A DNA stretch of 64,000 nt, taken from positions 3,782,001 to 3,846,000 of the forward strand of contig NC_043026.1 of assembly GCF_006345805.1 (NCBI RefSeq), in the 5' to 3' direction. The position numbers were made by a program, and so were the translations under genes. Each line of letters opens with the position of its first letter. Position 1 is the first letter of the stretch. This DNA comes from Octopus sinensis (lineage: Eukaryota). The notes under the pieces are model-generated. The model saw only the letters and a program-made list of their open reading frames with translations, had not been told where the DNA came from and did not search any database. Shown in pieces: positions 38,276-51,189 of this stretch.

Positions 38276-38409
38276 GATGGCAAAAGTGTGTCTGCGACAG
38301 CTGTGTGCTGCTTCCTTGTATTCTGTGGAGTCTGTAAAACGGTTGATGAAGCTGTTTACTTGTTCGCTTCCAGACGGGTCAATCCACATACATCAGCCTC
38401 GCAGCGAAG
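38276..38409 (+). CDS. GAK: GAK exon, PTEN-like domain (DGKSVSATAVCCFLVFCGVCKTVDEAVYLFASRRVNPHTSASQR)
   Basis: ctgacag|GAT, AG|gtgaat, 134 nt, phase 0-2; not on the ORF track, read directly. Confidence 0.94.
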
Positions 38410-39054
38410 GTGAATATTACTTGCACTATTATTATTATTATTATTGAGTGAGAGAGCAGTGCATGCCATCAAAGTGACACTGGGGTAAAATATACGAAGC
38501 CCAATATACCCATCATGACTACCCGTCTGATAAGGGTACACCAGGCACATGCATCACAACCATATGTGCGCGACATGGTGATCTCATATCAAGATAAACA
38601 GCACATGACCTTGCAGGTGGGGCCCAGTTAGAATTTTCTTCAGGTTGAGTAGCCCATCCCGCTCAAAAGGTCCCTGAATAAGGGTTGTTTAAGGATGTTG
38701 AAAGAACCACCCATGTTTCCAGAGGTGAATTATTCAAACCCCAAAGAATCCCTCTCAACACATGGCTATGATGCTCCCCCACTACTTCTGCTTGTGATCA
38801 GAGATGCACATATCGTCAGCCACTAAGGGACATGGTCAACTGGTTAAGGTCAAACACCTGACCAAGCAAATCTGTGGTATTGAGCAGAATATTTGCTGTA
38901 GCCCATCTTTTATACCAAGACAAAACAATGTACATGATAACACTTCCAATCAGTTAAGATCAGAAGCCATGAGAGCCACTGCCTGGTACTGCATCAGGGC
39001 ATTTATTATTATTATTATTATTATTAGTTACTGTTATTGTTATGATTATTAAGG

Positions 39055-39800
39055 TGGTGAGGTGACGGAATCGTTAGCACGCTGGGTGAAATGCTTAGTA
39101 GTATTTCATCTGGCGCTACGTTCTGAGTTCAAATTCCACCTAGGTCGACTTTGCCTTTCATCCTTTCGGGGTTGATAAATTTAGTACCAGTTAACACACT
39201 GGGATCAATGTAATTGACTTATAATCCCTTTGTCTGTCCTTGTTTGTCCTCTCTGTGTTTAGCCCCTTGTGAGTAGTAAAGAAATAGGTATTTCGTCTGC
39301 CGGTACAGTCTGAGTTCAAATTCTGCCGAGGTCGACTTTGCCTTTCATCCTTTCAGGGTCGATAAATTAAGTACCAGTTATGCACTGGGGTCGATGTAAT
39401 CGACTTAATCCGTTTGTCTATCCTTGTTTGTCCTCTCTGTGTTTAGCCCCTTGTGGGTAGTAAAGAAATATATTTTAAAGGTGACGAGCTGGCAGAATTG
39501 TTAGCACTCCGGCCGGCATGCTTAGCAGTATTTCGGCTGCCGTTACGTTCTGAGTTCAAATTCCGCCGAGGTCGACTTTGCCTTTCATCCTTTCGAGGTC
39601 GATAAAGTAAGTACCAGTTAAACACTGGGGGGCGATGTAATCGACTTAATCCATTTGTCCCCTCTGTGTTTAGCCCTTTGTGGGTAATAAAGAAATAGGT
39701 ATTTCATCTGTCTTTACGTTCTGAGTTCAAATTCCGATGAGGTCGTCTTTGCTTTTCATCCTTTCGGGGTCGATAAATTAAATACCAGTAGTGTACTCAG
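39055..39800 (-). repeat. SINE-like repeat array, same family as 21935-23276, opposite strand
   Basis: GAGTTCAAATTC..GAGGTCGACTTTGCCTTTCATCC repeated ~4 times. Confidence 0.85.
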
Positions 39801-40688
39801 GTCAATCTAATTGACTGACCCCCCTCCCCCCAAATTTCAGGCCTTGTAACTAGAGGAGAAGATTAATGTTATTATTATTATTAATCATTATTGTTGTTAT
39901 TATGATTATTAAGGTGGTGAGATGAAAGAATCGTTAGCATGCTGGGCAAAATGCTGAGCAGTATTTCATCTGTCTTTACATTCTGAGTTCAAATTCTGCC
40001 GGGGTCAACTTTGACTTTCACCCTTTTGGGGTTGATAAATTAAGTATTAGTGAAATACTGGGGTTGATGTAATTGACTAACCCCTCCTACAAAATTTTAG
40101 GTCCCTTGTGTGTATAATAGGATTATTATTATTATTTGTATTATTAAGGTGACAAGCTGGCAGAATCGTTAGCATGGTGGATGAAATGCTTAGCGGTATT
40201 TCGTCTGTCTTTACATTCTGAGTTCAAATTCCACCAAGGTCGACCTTGCCTTTCATCCTTTTGGGGTTGATAAATTAAGTACCAGTTGCGTACTGGGGTC
40301 GATCTCATCGACTGGTCCCCTCCCATCAAATTTCAGGCCTTATGCCTTTAGTAGAAAGGATTATTATTGTTATCATTATGGCAGTAAACTGGTGGAATCT
40401 GAGTTCAAATGCTGTTGAGGTCAGCTTTACCTTTCATCTTTTCACTATAAAAAATGTACCAGTTTCAACATTGGGGTTAATGTAATCACCTAGCCTCCTC
40501 CCCCAAAACTTCAGGCCTTGTGCCTATAGTAGAAAGAATTATTATTATTAAGGTGCTGGTACCACATTAAAAGCACCCAGTGCACTCTGTAAAGGGTTAA
40601 CACTAGGAAGGGCATTCTGCTGTAGAAAGCATGTCAGAACAGACCATAGGGCATGGTGCAGTCCTCTGCTTAGCCAACTGCTGTCAAT

Positions 40689-41480
40689 CCTATTTCTTTA
40701 CTACCCACAAGGGGCTAAACACAGAGGGGACAAACAAGGACAGACACAGGGATTAATTCGATTATATGGACCACAGTGCGTAACTGGTACTTATTTAATC
40801 GATCCAGAAAGGATGAAAGGCAAAGTCGACCTCGGCGGAATTTGAACTCGGAACGTAACAGCGGCAGACGAAATACCTATTTCTTTACTACCCACAAGGG
40901 GCTAAACACAGAGGGGACAAATAAGGACAGACAAACGGATTAAGTCGATTATATCGACCCCCAGTGCGTAACTGGTACTTATTTAATTGATCCAGAAAGG
41001 ATGAAAGGCAAAGTCGACCTCGGCGGAATTTGAACTCAGAACGTAACAGCGGCAGACGAAATACCTATTTCTTTACTACCCACAAGGGGCTAAACACAGA
41101 GGGGACAAACAAGGACAGACAAACGGATTAAGTCGATTATATCGACCCCAGTGCGTAACTGATACTTAATTTATCGACCCCGAAAGGATGAAAGGCAAAG
41201 TCGACCTCGGCGGAATTTGAACTCAGAACGTAACAGCGGCAGACGAAATACCTATTTCTTTACTACCCACAAGGGGCTAAACACAGAGGGGACAAACAAG
41301 GACAGACAAAAGGATTAAGTCGATTATATCGACCCCAGTGCGTAACTGATACTTATTTAATTGACCCAGAAAGGATGAAAGGCAAAGTCAACCTCGGCGG
41401 AATTTGAACTCAGAGCGTAACGGCAGATCAAATACTGCTAAGCATTTCGCCCGGCGTGCTAACGATTCTGCCAACTCGCC
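40689..41480 (+). repeat. SINE-like repeat array, 187-188-bp unit x~4
   Basis: CCTATTTCTTTACTACCC at 40689, 40876, 41064 and 41251. Confidence 0.92.
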
Positions 41481-42126
41481 ACCTGCTGTCAATCCATCCA
41501 ACCCCAAGCTGCCACATGAAAAGCACCCAATACACTCTGTAAAGGGGTCGGCATTCGAAAGCATGACGAGAGACCATAGTGATTGGTGCAGTCCTCTGGC
41601 TTGCCAGATCCTGTCAAACCGTCCAGCTCATGTGAGCATGGGAGGACATCATCATCATCATCATTGTTTAGCATCCACTTTCCATGCTGGCATGGGTTGG
41701 ACAGTGCAACTGGGGTCTGGGAAGCAAAAGGCTGCACCAGGCCCAGTCTGATCTGGCAATGTTTCTACAGCTGGATGCCCTTCCTAACGCCAACCACTCC
41801 ATGAGTGTAGTGGGTGCTTTTTACGTGCCACCGACACAGGTGCCAGATGAGGCTGGCAAACGACCACGAGCAGATGGTGCTTTATATGTGCCGCCAGCAC
41901 GGAGGCCAGGCGAAGCTGGCAACGGCCACGATCGGAGGGACAGATGTTAAATAATGAGTATGGTGTGAAGGTGGCAATCTGAACCCACACAATTTTAGGA
42001 TCATAAACCAAACACAGTAACCATTAGGGGCACAGTGTTGTTACTCTATTTTTATGTACATTTTTTTTTATTACTATTTCTCTCTCTCTCTCGCACTGTC
42101 TCACTCATTTGCTCTCATCTTTCTAG

Positions 42127-42240
42127 ATATATCCAATACATGGTCGACATCATACACAACCCATCCTTGACCCCACACAACAAACCCATCCTGTTGGTCT
42201 CACTAACGATGTCACCAATTCCTCTCTTCAACAAGACCAA
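42127..42240 (+). CDS. GAK: GAK exon, start of C2 domain (YIQYMVDIIHNPSLTPHNKPILLVSLTMSPIPLFNKT)
   Basis: ttctag|A, AA|gtaagt, 114 nt, phase 2-2. Confidence 0.95.
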
Positions 42241-43639
42241 GTAAGTAACAGCACACTGCTTCTCTTTTTCTTTCCCTTTTTGTATTCTTTATTTAATTGC
42301 AACATTCTTATCCTTTTTGCAGATTGTGTACCTCAGTGGGGTTGGCAAAGTGGTCACTACTGTCCAGTGGCGGCTCGTAGATAAAATTCGTGGAGGTGCC
42401 GCTTCAGAAAATTTTTAGTCATTGTTTTAATATTGTGTCAAAGGAAAAAAATATATAAAAAGAAAATTTATTCATAAACATGATCGGTTTGTATTTTAGC
42501 CACTGCCAGGTAGTGTGTTTAATTTGTTCACTGAACACCTTAAACACACTTTTAATTTGTTCACTAAACACCGGGAGGCGCAATGGCTCAGTGGTTAGGG
42601 CAGCGGACTCGCGGTCGTAGGATTGCAATTTCGATTCCCAGACCGGGCATTGTGAGTGTTTTTTGAGCGAAAACACCTAAAGCTTCACAAGGCTCCTGCA
42701 GGGGGTGGTGGTGAACCCTGCTGTACTTTTTCACCACAGCTTTCTCTCACTCTTTCTTCCTGTTTCTGTTGTACCTGTATTTCAAAGAGCCAACCTTGTC
42801 ACTCTCTCTCTGTGTCACGCTGAATCCCCTCCAGAACTACGTGAAGGGTGCACGTGTCTGTGGAGTGCTCAGCCACTTACACGTTAATTCCACGAGCAAA
42901 CTGTTCCGTTGATTGGATCAGCTGGGACCCTCATCGTCGTAACCGACGGAGTGCTTCCATTCCTTTTCTTCACTGAACACCACTGTGAAACACCCCCCCC
43001 CCCTTGTTTTTCAAAAATCCCTCCTAAATCACAAAATAAGAGAGGCAAAATCTGCCCTATTTCTCAAATCCTAGCAGCAACACTAAAGCTGGAAGCAGGA
43101 TAATAATCTAATTCTACACTTTATCACATTCAAGAATATAAACACGTTTTTAAGCACAGCACATGTGGAGTCAAAAAGAAACACTACCTTTCACCCAGCA
43201 CTGTCGTTCACACAGTGCTCTCTCTCCCTAGTGTGAAGCTTTCTATCTCAGACATGTTAGCATGCACACAACAGCCAAATACTGCATCGCTGGAACTGTG
43301 AAGCACACACTTCTATACAACGATTTTTGTGTTTTTTTATAAACTGGGAGATGGCTACTGACATTAAACTTAAGGGTTATATAATGTACAAGTATAAAGA
43401 AAGAATTAAAGAAAAAAGGACTCCGTTTGCCTGTCCTTCTTTGTCCTCTGTTTAGCCCCTTGTGGGTAATAAAGAAATAGGTATTTCGTCTCTCTTTCTG
43501 AGTTCAAATTCTGCTATGAGTTATGTCCCTTGATATTCAATTTCTACAGCGATGCATTCCTTACCAATATTTAGTTATCTTCCTTTAAGATTTCGAATTG
43601 AAATTCTGCCACGAGTTATGTCCCTTGATATCATTCAAT

Positions 43640-44350
43640 TCCGTCTAATCTCTCCGCTCAGTCGAAGTCGACTCTCGGTTACTCGTTGGATCAGTGTCCT
43701 CCAGTCAGTTCTATCCTGGGTCGCTTCTTTCAGATTGGCTATGGCCATTCCCGTGTCACTCTTGATGGTGTCAGGCCAGCGGGTTCTTGGTCGGCCTCTT
43801 CCTCTCTTGCCACTGACCATTCCGTATATATAATATATATATATATATGTATCTATCTATCCGCTCAGTCGAAGTCGACTCTCGGTCACTCGTTGGATCA
43901 GTGTTCTCCAGTCAGTTCTATCCTGGGTCGCTTCTTTCAGATTGGCTATGGCCATTCCTGTGTCACTCTTGATGGTGTCAGGCCAGCGGGTTCTTGGTCG
44001 GCCTCTTCCTCTCTTGCCACTGACCATTCCGTATATATAATATATATATATATATGTATCTATCTATCCGCTCAGTCGAAGTCGACTCTCGGTCACTCGA
44101 TGGATCAGTGTTCTCCAGCCAGTTCTATCCTGGGCCGCTTCTTTTAGATTGGCTATGGCCATTCCCGTGTCACTCTTGATGGTGTCAGGCCAGCGGGTTC
44201 TTGGTCGGCCTCTTCCTCTCTTGCCACTGACCATTCCGAGCATGATGTCCTTCTCCAGGGATTTTCTCCGCATAATATGACCAAAATATGCCAATCTAAG
44301 CTTGGTGATCCTAGCTTCTAGCGACAGTTTCGGCCTGATCTGCTTAAGAA
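43640..44350 (-). mobile_element. BovB-like RTE LINE 3' end with terminal ~207 bp triplicated
   Basis: AYFGHIMRRKSLEKDIMLGMVSGKRGRGRPRTRWPDTIKSDTGMAIANLKEAAQDRTGWRTLIHRVTESRLRLSG; copies start near 43653, 43860 and 44067, separated by (TA)n. Confidence 0.88.
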
Positions 44351-44751
44351 CTTCTCCCGGAATCCTGTGCAGTATACCGTACCGTTTTGAGCAAACAGAC
44401 TCTTCTTTTGAAGTTGGTTAATTTGCATCATCATCAACATCGTTTAGCGTCCATTTTCTATGCTGGCATGGGTTGGACGGTTCAACTGGGGTCTGGAAAA
44501 CCAGAAGGCGGCACCAGGCCCCGTCTGATCTGGCAATGTTTCTACGGCTGGATGTCCTTCCTAACGCCAACCACTCCATGAGTGTAGTGGGTGCTTTTTA
44601 CGTGCCAGACGAGGCTGGCAAACGGCCACGATCGGATGGTGCTTTTTACGTGGTGTTAAAAATAGTTTTGTTTCAAGTTGGTTGATAAAGATTAAACATA
44701 GTCTTTCTGCTTTAGAAATATATTAATTTGTGTCTGTATTTGTTAGATATA

Positions 44752-45933
44752 CAGGGTGTCCACAAAGTCTGGGTACATGGGGATTAACACATACTTTAAG
44801 AAATTATTATTTCTTATATTTAATTGTTTATAATAATGAAATTATTGTATACAGTGCTCAGGTGCACCACAACTTGTCAAAAAGTGCGTATAAAGCATAT
44901 GCAGTAATGTACAAATGTCTGGAAAGCGAACAATGTATGAGTCAGATACATGCTTGTGTGTGTATGGAGGGGAGAAAATCAAGTGTAGTGTTGGCGAATC
45001 TCAGAAAGCATGGAAGTTTTGAAGGATGCAGTGCTCCGACAACTAACAACTGATGCTGGCAGTTTGTTCCATGCTTCAGCAACTTTTAGCATGAAAAAAT
45101 GTTTCCTAAAGTCATTGGAGCTGTGCTGTTTTCTGTCTTTGTAAATATGTCCACGGGTGTTAGACAGGTGGAGTTCGAAAAGGTGCTCAGAGTTATTGTT
45201 TGTAAGACGGTTAATAATTTTATGGGTGTCTGCATATGCAGTAATGTACAGATTTCTGGGAAGTGAACAGTGTATGAGTCAGATACATGCTTGCGTGTGT
45301 ATGGAGGGGAGAAAATCAGGTGTAGCGTTGGCGAATCTCAGGAAGCATGGAAGTTTTGAAGGATGCAGTGCTCCGACAACTAACAACTGATGCCGGCAGT
45401 TTGTTCCATGCTTCAGCAACTTTTAGCATGAAAATATTGTTTCTGAAAATCATGGGAGCTGTGCTGTTGTCTGACTTTGTAAACATGTCCACAGGTGTTT
45501 GAAAAGGTGCTCAGAGTTATTGTTGGTAAGATGGTTAATAATTTTATGGGTGTCTGCATATGCAGTAATGTACAAATGTCTGGGAAGTGAACAATGTATG
45601 AGTCAGATACATGCTTGTGTGTGTATGGAGGGGAGAAAATCAGGTGTAGTGTTGGCGAATCTCAGGAAGCATGGAAGTTTTGAAGGATGCAGTGCTCTGA
45701 CAACTAACAACAGATGCCGGCAGTTTGTTCCATGCTTCAGCAACTCTTAGCGTGAAAAAATGTTTCCTAAAGTCATGGGAGCTGTGCTGTTTTCTTACTT
45801 TGTAAATATGTCCACGGGTGTTAGACGGGTGGAGTTCGAAAAGGTGCTCAGAGTTATTGTTGTAAGATGGTTGATAATTTTATGGGTGTCTACCAATTTT
45901 TACTCCATGTACCCAGACTTTGTGGACACCCTG
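44752..45933. mobile_element. Non-autonomous Tc1/mariner-type TIR element (1182 bp)
   Basis: Perfect 29-bp TIR CAGGGTGTCCACAAAGTCTGGGTACATGG at both ends, TA flanks at 44750-44751 and 45934-45935. Confidence 0.9.
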
Positions 45934-45989
45934 TAATCATTTTATTTAATATTCTCGGCAGTATCGGCCTTTGGCTTCCCCTTGAACAA

Positions 45990-47045
45990 CATCAATGGTG
46001 TGGAGAGGGGAATCAGGTATGCATGGTTAAATGCTGGTCTTCCATAAACAAACCTCGCCCGGATTTGTGTCTTGCAGGGGAACTTTCTACATGCAGTCTC
46101 ATGGCCATTCCTGACCGAAGGGGGTCTTACCCGTTACCCTATGTTCATATAATAGAGTGGAAACGGGGTGCTGGTATGCATGGCTGACTGCTGGTCTTCC
46201 ATCAACAACCATGCTCAGACTTTTACCTTGGAAGAGAACTTTCTAGGTGCAATCCCATGGTTATTCATGACTGAAGGGGGTCCCTACCCTTTAACCTATG
46301 TACATATAATGGAGTGCAGAGGGGGTGCAGGTATGCATGGGTGACTGCTGGTCTTCCAGAAACAACCTTGCCGAGGAAATTTGTAGGTGCAATCCCATGG
46401 TCATTCATGACCGAAGGGGGTCTTTACCCTTTACCCTATGTACATATAATGGAGTGGAGAGTGGGGGGGGGCTGGTATGCATGGGTGACTGCTGGTCTTC
46501 CATAAACAACCATGCCCAGACTTGTGCTTCGGAGGGGCAACTTTCTTGGTGCAGTCCCATAATTATTCATGACTGAAGTGGGTCTTTACCCTTTACCCTA
46601 TATACATATAAGTGAGTGCAGAGGGGTTACTGGTATGCATGGGTGACTGTGGGTCTTCCATAAACAACCTTGCCCAGTCTAGTGCCTTACAGGGGAAATT
46701 TCTAGGGGCAATCCCATGGTCATTCATGACCGAAGGGGGTCTTTACCCTTCACCCTATATACATATGAGTGCAGAGGGGTTACTGGTATGCATGGGTGAC
46801 TGTGGGTCTTCCATAAACAACCTTGCCCAGTCTAGTGCCTTACAGGGCAAACTTGTAGGTGCAATCCCATGGTCATTCATGACCGAAGTGGGTCTTTACC
46901 CTTTACCCTATGTACATATAATGGAGTGGAGAGGGGGGGGCTGGTATGCATGGGTGACTGCTGGTCTTCCATAAACAACCTTGCCCAGACTTGTGCTTTG
47001 GAAGGGTAACTTTCTTGGTGCAGTCCCATGATTGTTAATGACCGA
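45990..47045 (+). repeat. Degenerate tandem array (~6 units) of a SINE 3' tail
   Basis: GGTATGCATGGGTGACTGCTGGTCTTCCATAAACAACCTTGCCCAG repeated; the same tail ends the full SINE at 50052-50365. Confidence 0.85.
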
Positions 47046-47327
47046 AGGGAGTCTTTAGTACTCTCTCTTAGAAAATTGTTGGCCTTGTACCAAAATTTGA
47101 ATCCAGTCTATGACGAGGCAGCATGATGGACAAAATACTTTGTGACATTTCTTCTGGTTATTTACAATCTGAGTTCAAATTTACCCTCCATCCTTTTAGG
47201 GTTGTTAAAGTAAGTACCAGCAGAGGCTTGGATTGACGTAATTAATTTACCCCCTCTCCAGTAATTGGTGACTTTGTGCCAAAATTTGCAACCTTTATTT
47301 ACATCATTTGTCTTTCTCTTTTTTCAG

Positions 47328-47408
47328 GACCGGATGTCGACCATTTGCTGAAGTTTTTCTTGGAGAAGACAGAATATTGACTACTTCACAAGAATACGAG
47401 CGGATGAG
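47328..47408 (+). CDS. GAK: GAK exon, C2 domain (TGCRPFAEVFLGEDRILTTSQEYERM)
   Basis: ttttcag|G, AG|gtgagg, 81 nt, phase 2-2; resembles GAK SGCRPFCEVYVGDERV. Confidence 0.95.
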
Positions 47409-47990
47409 GTGAGGCTTTCATGGGAAATGTTCTTCTTCCACTACAAATACCTCCTCCCAAAGCAGATTAATTCCAGTGTGTTTGTGCCCCCCCCCCCGCT
47501 TGGTGTCTGTTTCTTGATGTCCCAGCCAATGTACTTAATGACAACAAGACTCAGCCATGGCTGTATGGTATGAAATTTGCTTCCCAACCTTGGGGTCTTG
47601 GGTTCAGTCCCACTGCATAGCACCTTGGGCAAATGTTTTCTTTTATGTATATAATTACATACATAGCTGTAAATATGCACATCATAACATTATACCTACC
47701 TACAAACATGTGCTTATATGTGTGTGTGTACGTGTGTGTATATGTACATATATATAGATATACATCATCGTGACCGACCAAGCTATCAGATGTTGCTACA
47801 CATCGCTGGTCACAATGCACTTCGCATTGTTTTCGCCTTCAAATGACGCCACCCCGCTGGCTAAGTGAGCAGGCCAACAGAAGAAAGAGTGAGAGGAAGT
47901 TGTGGTGAAAGAGTACAGAGTACTATAGGCCTCAGGCCGACCAAAGCCTTGTAAGTGGATTTGACAGACAGAAACTGAAAAGAAGCCCGT

Positions 47991-48044
<54 letters not shown>

Positions 48045-48067
48045 ATATGTATATATATATATGTATG

Positions 48068-48102
<35 letters not shown>

Positions 48103-48287
48103 GTATATATATATATGTATGTATATATATGTATATATATATATGTATATATATATATGTATATATATATATGTATATATATATATGTATGTATGTGTGT
48201 ATATGTTTGTGTGGCTGGAATTTATAAACATTTAATGCCTTGTTATATATTTTATTCACAAATTTCATTGTTTTTATTTGTTTACAG

Positions 48288-48405
48288 GGGTTTTTCAATA
48301 GAAGAATACAAACTGACGATTTCCCTAAATATATCGGCTGTGGGAGACGTCACCATTGCGGTATACCATGCAAGGTCAACATTTGGGGGAAAAGTGCAGG
48401 GCAAG
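48288..48405 (+). CDS. GAK: GAK exon, C2 domain ([39 protein letters not shown])
   Basis: tttacag|G, AAG|gtgaga, 118 nt, phase 2-0; YHARST motif. Confidence 0.95.
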
Positions 48406-48506
48406 GTGAGATAATGCTTATTTTATTAAATTTTAAATTCACATAACCTTTTTTTTTTCAGTTCTATATTTAAGAGATGAGGAATTATGTACATTATTTA
48501 AATTCA

Positions 48507-48954
48507 ATGGATATTTGTCTGTTGTTAACACAATGTTTCAGCTGATAGACCCTCCAGCCTTCATCAGGTGTCTTGGGGAAATTTCAAACCTGGGTTCTCT
48601 TTCCTAAGGTATTTTCCGATGTTGTTATTATCATTATTATCATTATTATTATTATTATTCAGGTCACTGCTTGGAATTGAACTCAGAATCTTGGGGTTAG
48701 TAGCCTGTGCTCTTAACCACTATGCCATATTCCCATGGGCATATGGCATAGTGGTTAAGAGCACTGGCTACTAACCCCAAGATTCTGAGTTCAATTCCAA
48801 GCAGTGACCTGAATAATAATAATAATAATATCGAAAAATACCTTAGGAATGAAAATCCAGGTTTGAAATTTCCCCAAGACACCTGATGAAGGCTGGAGGG
48901 TATACCAGCCGAAACGTTGTGTTAACAACAAACAAGATGAGGACAAATATCCAT
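48507..48954. repeat. ~450-bp palindrome (arms ~215-225 bp, 10-nt loop) of head-to-head tRNA-like + hammerhead units
   Basis: Arms 48507-48730 and 48741-48954; mirror ORFs MSWGNFKPGFSFLRYF on both strands. Confidence 0.92.
48878..48923 (+). ncRNA. Minimal type-I hammerhead ribozyme (sense to GAK)
   Basis: GACAC-CTGATGA-A-GGCTGG-agggtata-CCAGCC-GAAA-C-GTT-GTGTT; the mirror copy at 48527-48572 (-) has G16.2 changed to A. Confidence 0.65.
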
Positions 48955-49566
48955 CAAATTATTTTTTCATTATTTTAAAAGAATGTATACCTTCTCTCTC
49001 TCTTTTTTTTTTTTATCTATTTGGAAATGTTCCAGTAGACCAAAATTCTCCATGTTTTTTTTTCTTCCATTACCACATGGTTTGGAAACATCCCGAATGT
49101 ATCCACCCAATTTTAACAATCCCGTCAAACTCCATCACCACCTGGTACTTTACTGGTTGGTCTTTCAAAGCTGTTGGTTTAGCACCTCCACCTGATTTGG
49201 CTGGTGCAATGTGGTATCTGTGTGAGAATGGTTGGTCTAGTGTAATGTGAATGAGATTTGGCTGCTATTTCTCTAAGCTCTAGCTACCATATAGAAGTCA
49301 CCTTTGTTGCCTCATACATACATGAATGTATGTACGTATGTATATGCCAACAAAAGCGACTTCTATATGGTAGCTGCATGTATACATACATTCATATATA
49401 CATATACACATACAGTAGGATGTGATTGTGTGAGATTTGACTGTTGTTTCTACCAGGTCTAGCTACCATAGAGATCTCATTGGCTCATATATATATATAT
49501 ATAGTCACCATGATAGATTGTTAGCCACTACACACATTTTTTTCTCTCCTTGTTTTTTCTGTGTCC

Positions 49567-49602
49567 CTTTCTGTAGAAGAGCATACGCTCGAAATGTAAA
49601 AG
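49567..49602 (+). ncRNA. Degenerate minimal hammerhead-like motif
   Basis: CTTT-CTGTAGA-A-GAGC-atac-GCTC-GAAA-T-GTA-AAAG; same family as 5537-5572. Confidence 0.4.
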
Positions 49603-49690
49603 ACTTTTTCTATTCCTGCATTATACTAATACATCTGTTTGTTTTCTACACCACCTGTCTTCGTCTTTTGTTTTTTTCGTAAACTCTCCC

Positions 49691-49724
<34 letters not shown>

Positions 49725-50051
49725 ATATATACATATATATATAAGACAATAGTGTGATTTGAGGCAGATTTGGTTGCTATTTCTAACAGGCAGGTCTAGC
49801 TGCCATGTAGAGTTCCCCTTTGTTGACTCATACATACATAAGACAGTAGGGTGTGATTTGAGGCAGAATTTGCTATTTCTGTCAGGTATAGCTACCATAT
49901 AGAGGTTACCTTTGTTTGTGCATATATATCATCATCATCATCATTTAACGTCCGCTTTCCATGCTAGCATGGGTTGGACGGTTCAACTGGGGTCTGGGGA
50001 GCCTGAAGGCTGCACCAGGCCAGTCAGATCTGGCAGTGTTTCTACAGCTGG

Positions 50052-50365
50052 TTAGAGTGTCGAGCTTATGACCGTGAGGTTGTGGGTTCCAATCCCAGAC
50101 CAGGCTGCGTGTTGTGTTCTTCAGCAAGACACTTTATCCCACACTGCTCCAGTTCTCTCAGCTGTAGAAATGAGTGGCGACGTCACAGGTGCCAAGCTGT
50201 ATCGGCCCCTTTGCCTTTCCCTTGGATGACATCGGTGGCGTGGAGAGAAGCAGCTGGTATGCATGGGTGATTGCTGGTCTTCCATAAAAAACCTTGCCCA
50301 GACTTGTGCCTGGGAGGGTAACTTTCTAGGTGCAATCCCGTGGTCTTTCATGACTGAAAGGGGAT
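50052..50365 (+). mobile_element. Near full-length tRNA-derived, CORE-like SINE
   Basis: GGTTAGAGTGTCG...GGGTTCCAATCCC head, GTGTTCTTCAGCAAGACACTTT core-like block, and the tail amplified in the 46-kb and 61-64-kb arrays. Confidence 0.7.
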
Positions 50366-51063
50366 CTCCATATATGAGACAGTAGGATGTGATTTGTGAG
50401 AGATTTGGTTGCTGTTTCTACCGATTCCAACTACTATATAGAGATTTCCATTGTTGACTCATACATACCTGTATACATAAGTGTAATTTGTGAGAGAATT
50501 GGCTGCTATTTCTACAAGGTATGGCTACCATATAGAGATCTTCCTCGCTGGCTTCCACATATATACTGGCATAAGACAGAAGCATATGATTTGAGGCAGA
50601 TTTGGCTACTTTGGCAAGGTGGTTTATGGAAGACCAACTGTCGCCCATGTAATACCGGCTTCCCCTCTCCACGCCACCAGTGTTATCCAAGGGAAAGGCA
50701 AAGGGGCCAATACAGCTTGGCACCAGTGACGTCGAAGCTCATTTCTATAGCTGAGTTAACTAGGGCAACATGAAATAAAGTGTCACGCTCAAGAACACAA
50801 CACGCAGCCCGAACCGGGATTCGAACTCACACCTCACGATCGTAAGCTCGACGATCTAACCACTGAGCCATGCACCTTCACATACACACACACACATATT
50901 TCTACAAGGTCTAGCTACCACATTGATGTCTCCTTCTATGGTTCATACATTTACAAAAGACTGCAAGGTGTGATTTGAAAGAGATTTGACTGCTATTTTT
51001 TGCAGAAGTAATGCCATGCTTTTAAATACAAGTAACCCTGTGTCTTTTTTATCAATTTTTCAG

Positions 51064-51143
51064 ATCACATCCATGAAAATGTTTCAGATCCAGTTTCACA
51101 CAGGGATGATCAACCCTGATGCAGAGAGTATAAAATATACATT
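51064..51143 (+). CDS. GAK: GAK exon, C2 domain (ITSMKMFQIQFHTGMINPDAESIKYT)
   Basis: tttttcag|ATC, TT|gtaagt, 80 nt, phase 0-2; SMKMFQIQFHTG matches GAK as recalled. Confidence 0.95.
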
Positions 51144-51189
51144 GTAAGTGGTATTACATGTACAGACATACATCTATCTATCTATCTAT

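Noticed and set aside
48745-48809. tRNA gene (also the tRNA-like heads at 34410, 34600 and in SINEs)
   Set aside because: A/B boxes are present but the acceptor and anticodon stems do not pair well; better explained as tRNA-derived repeat heads.
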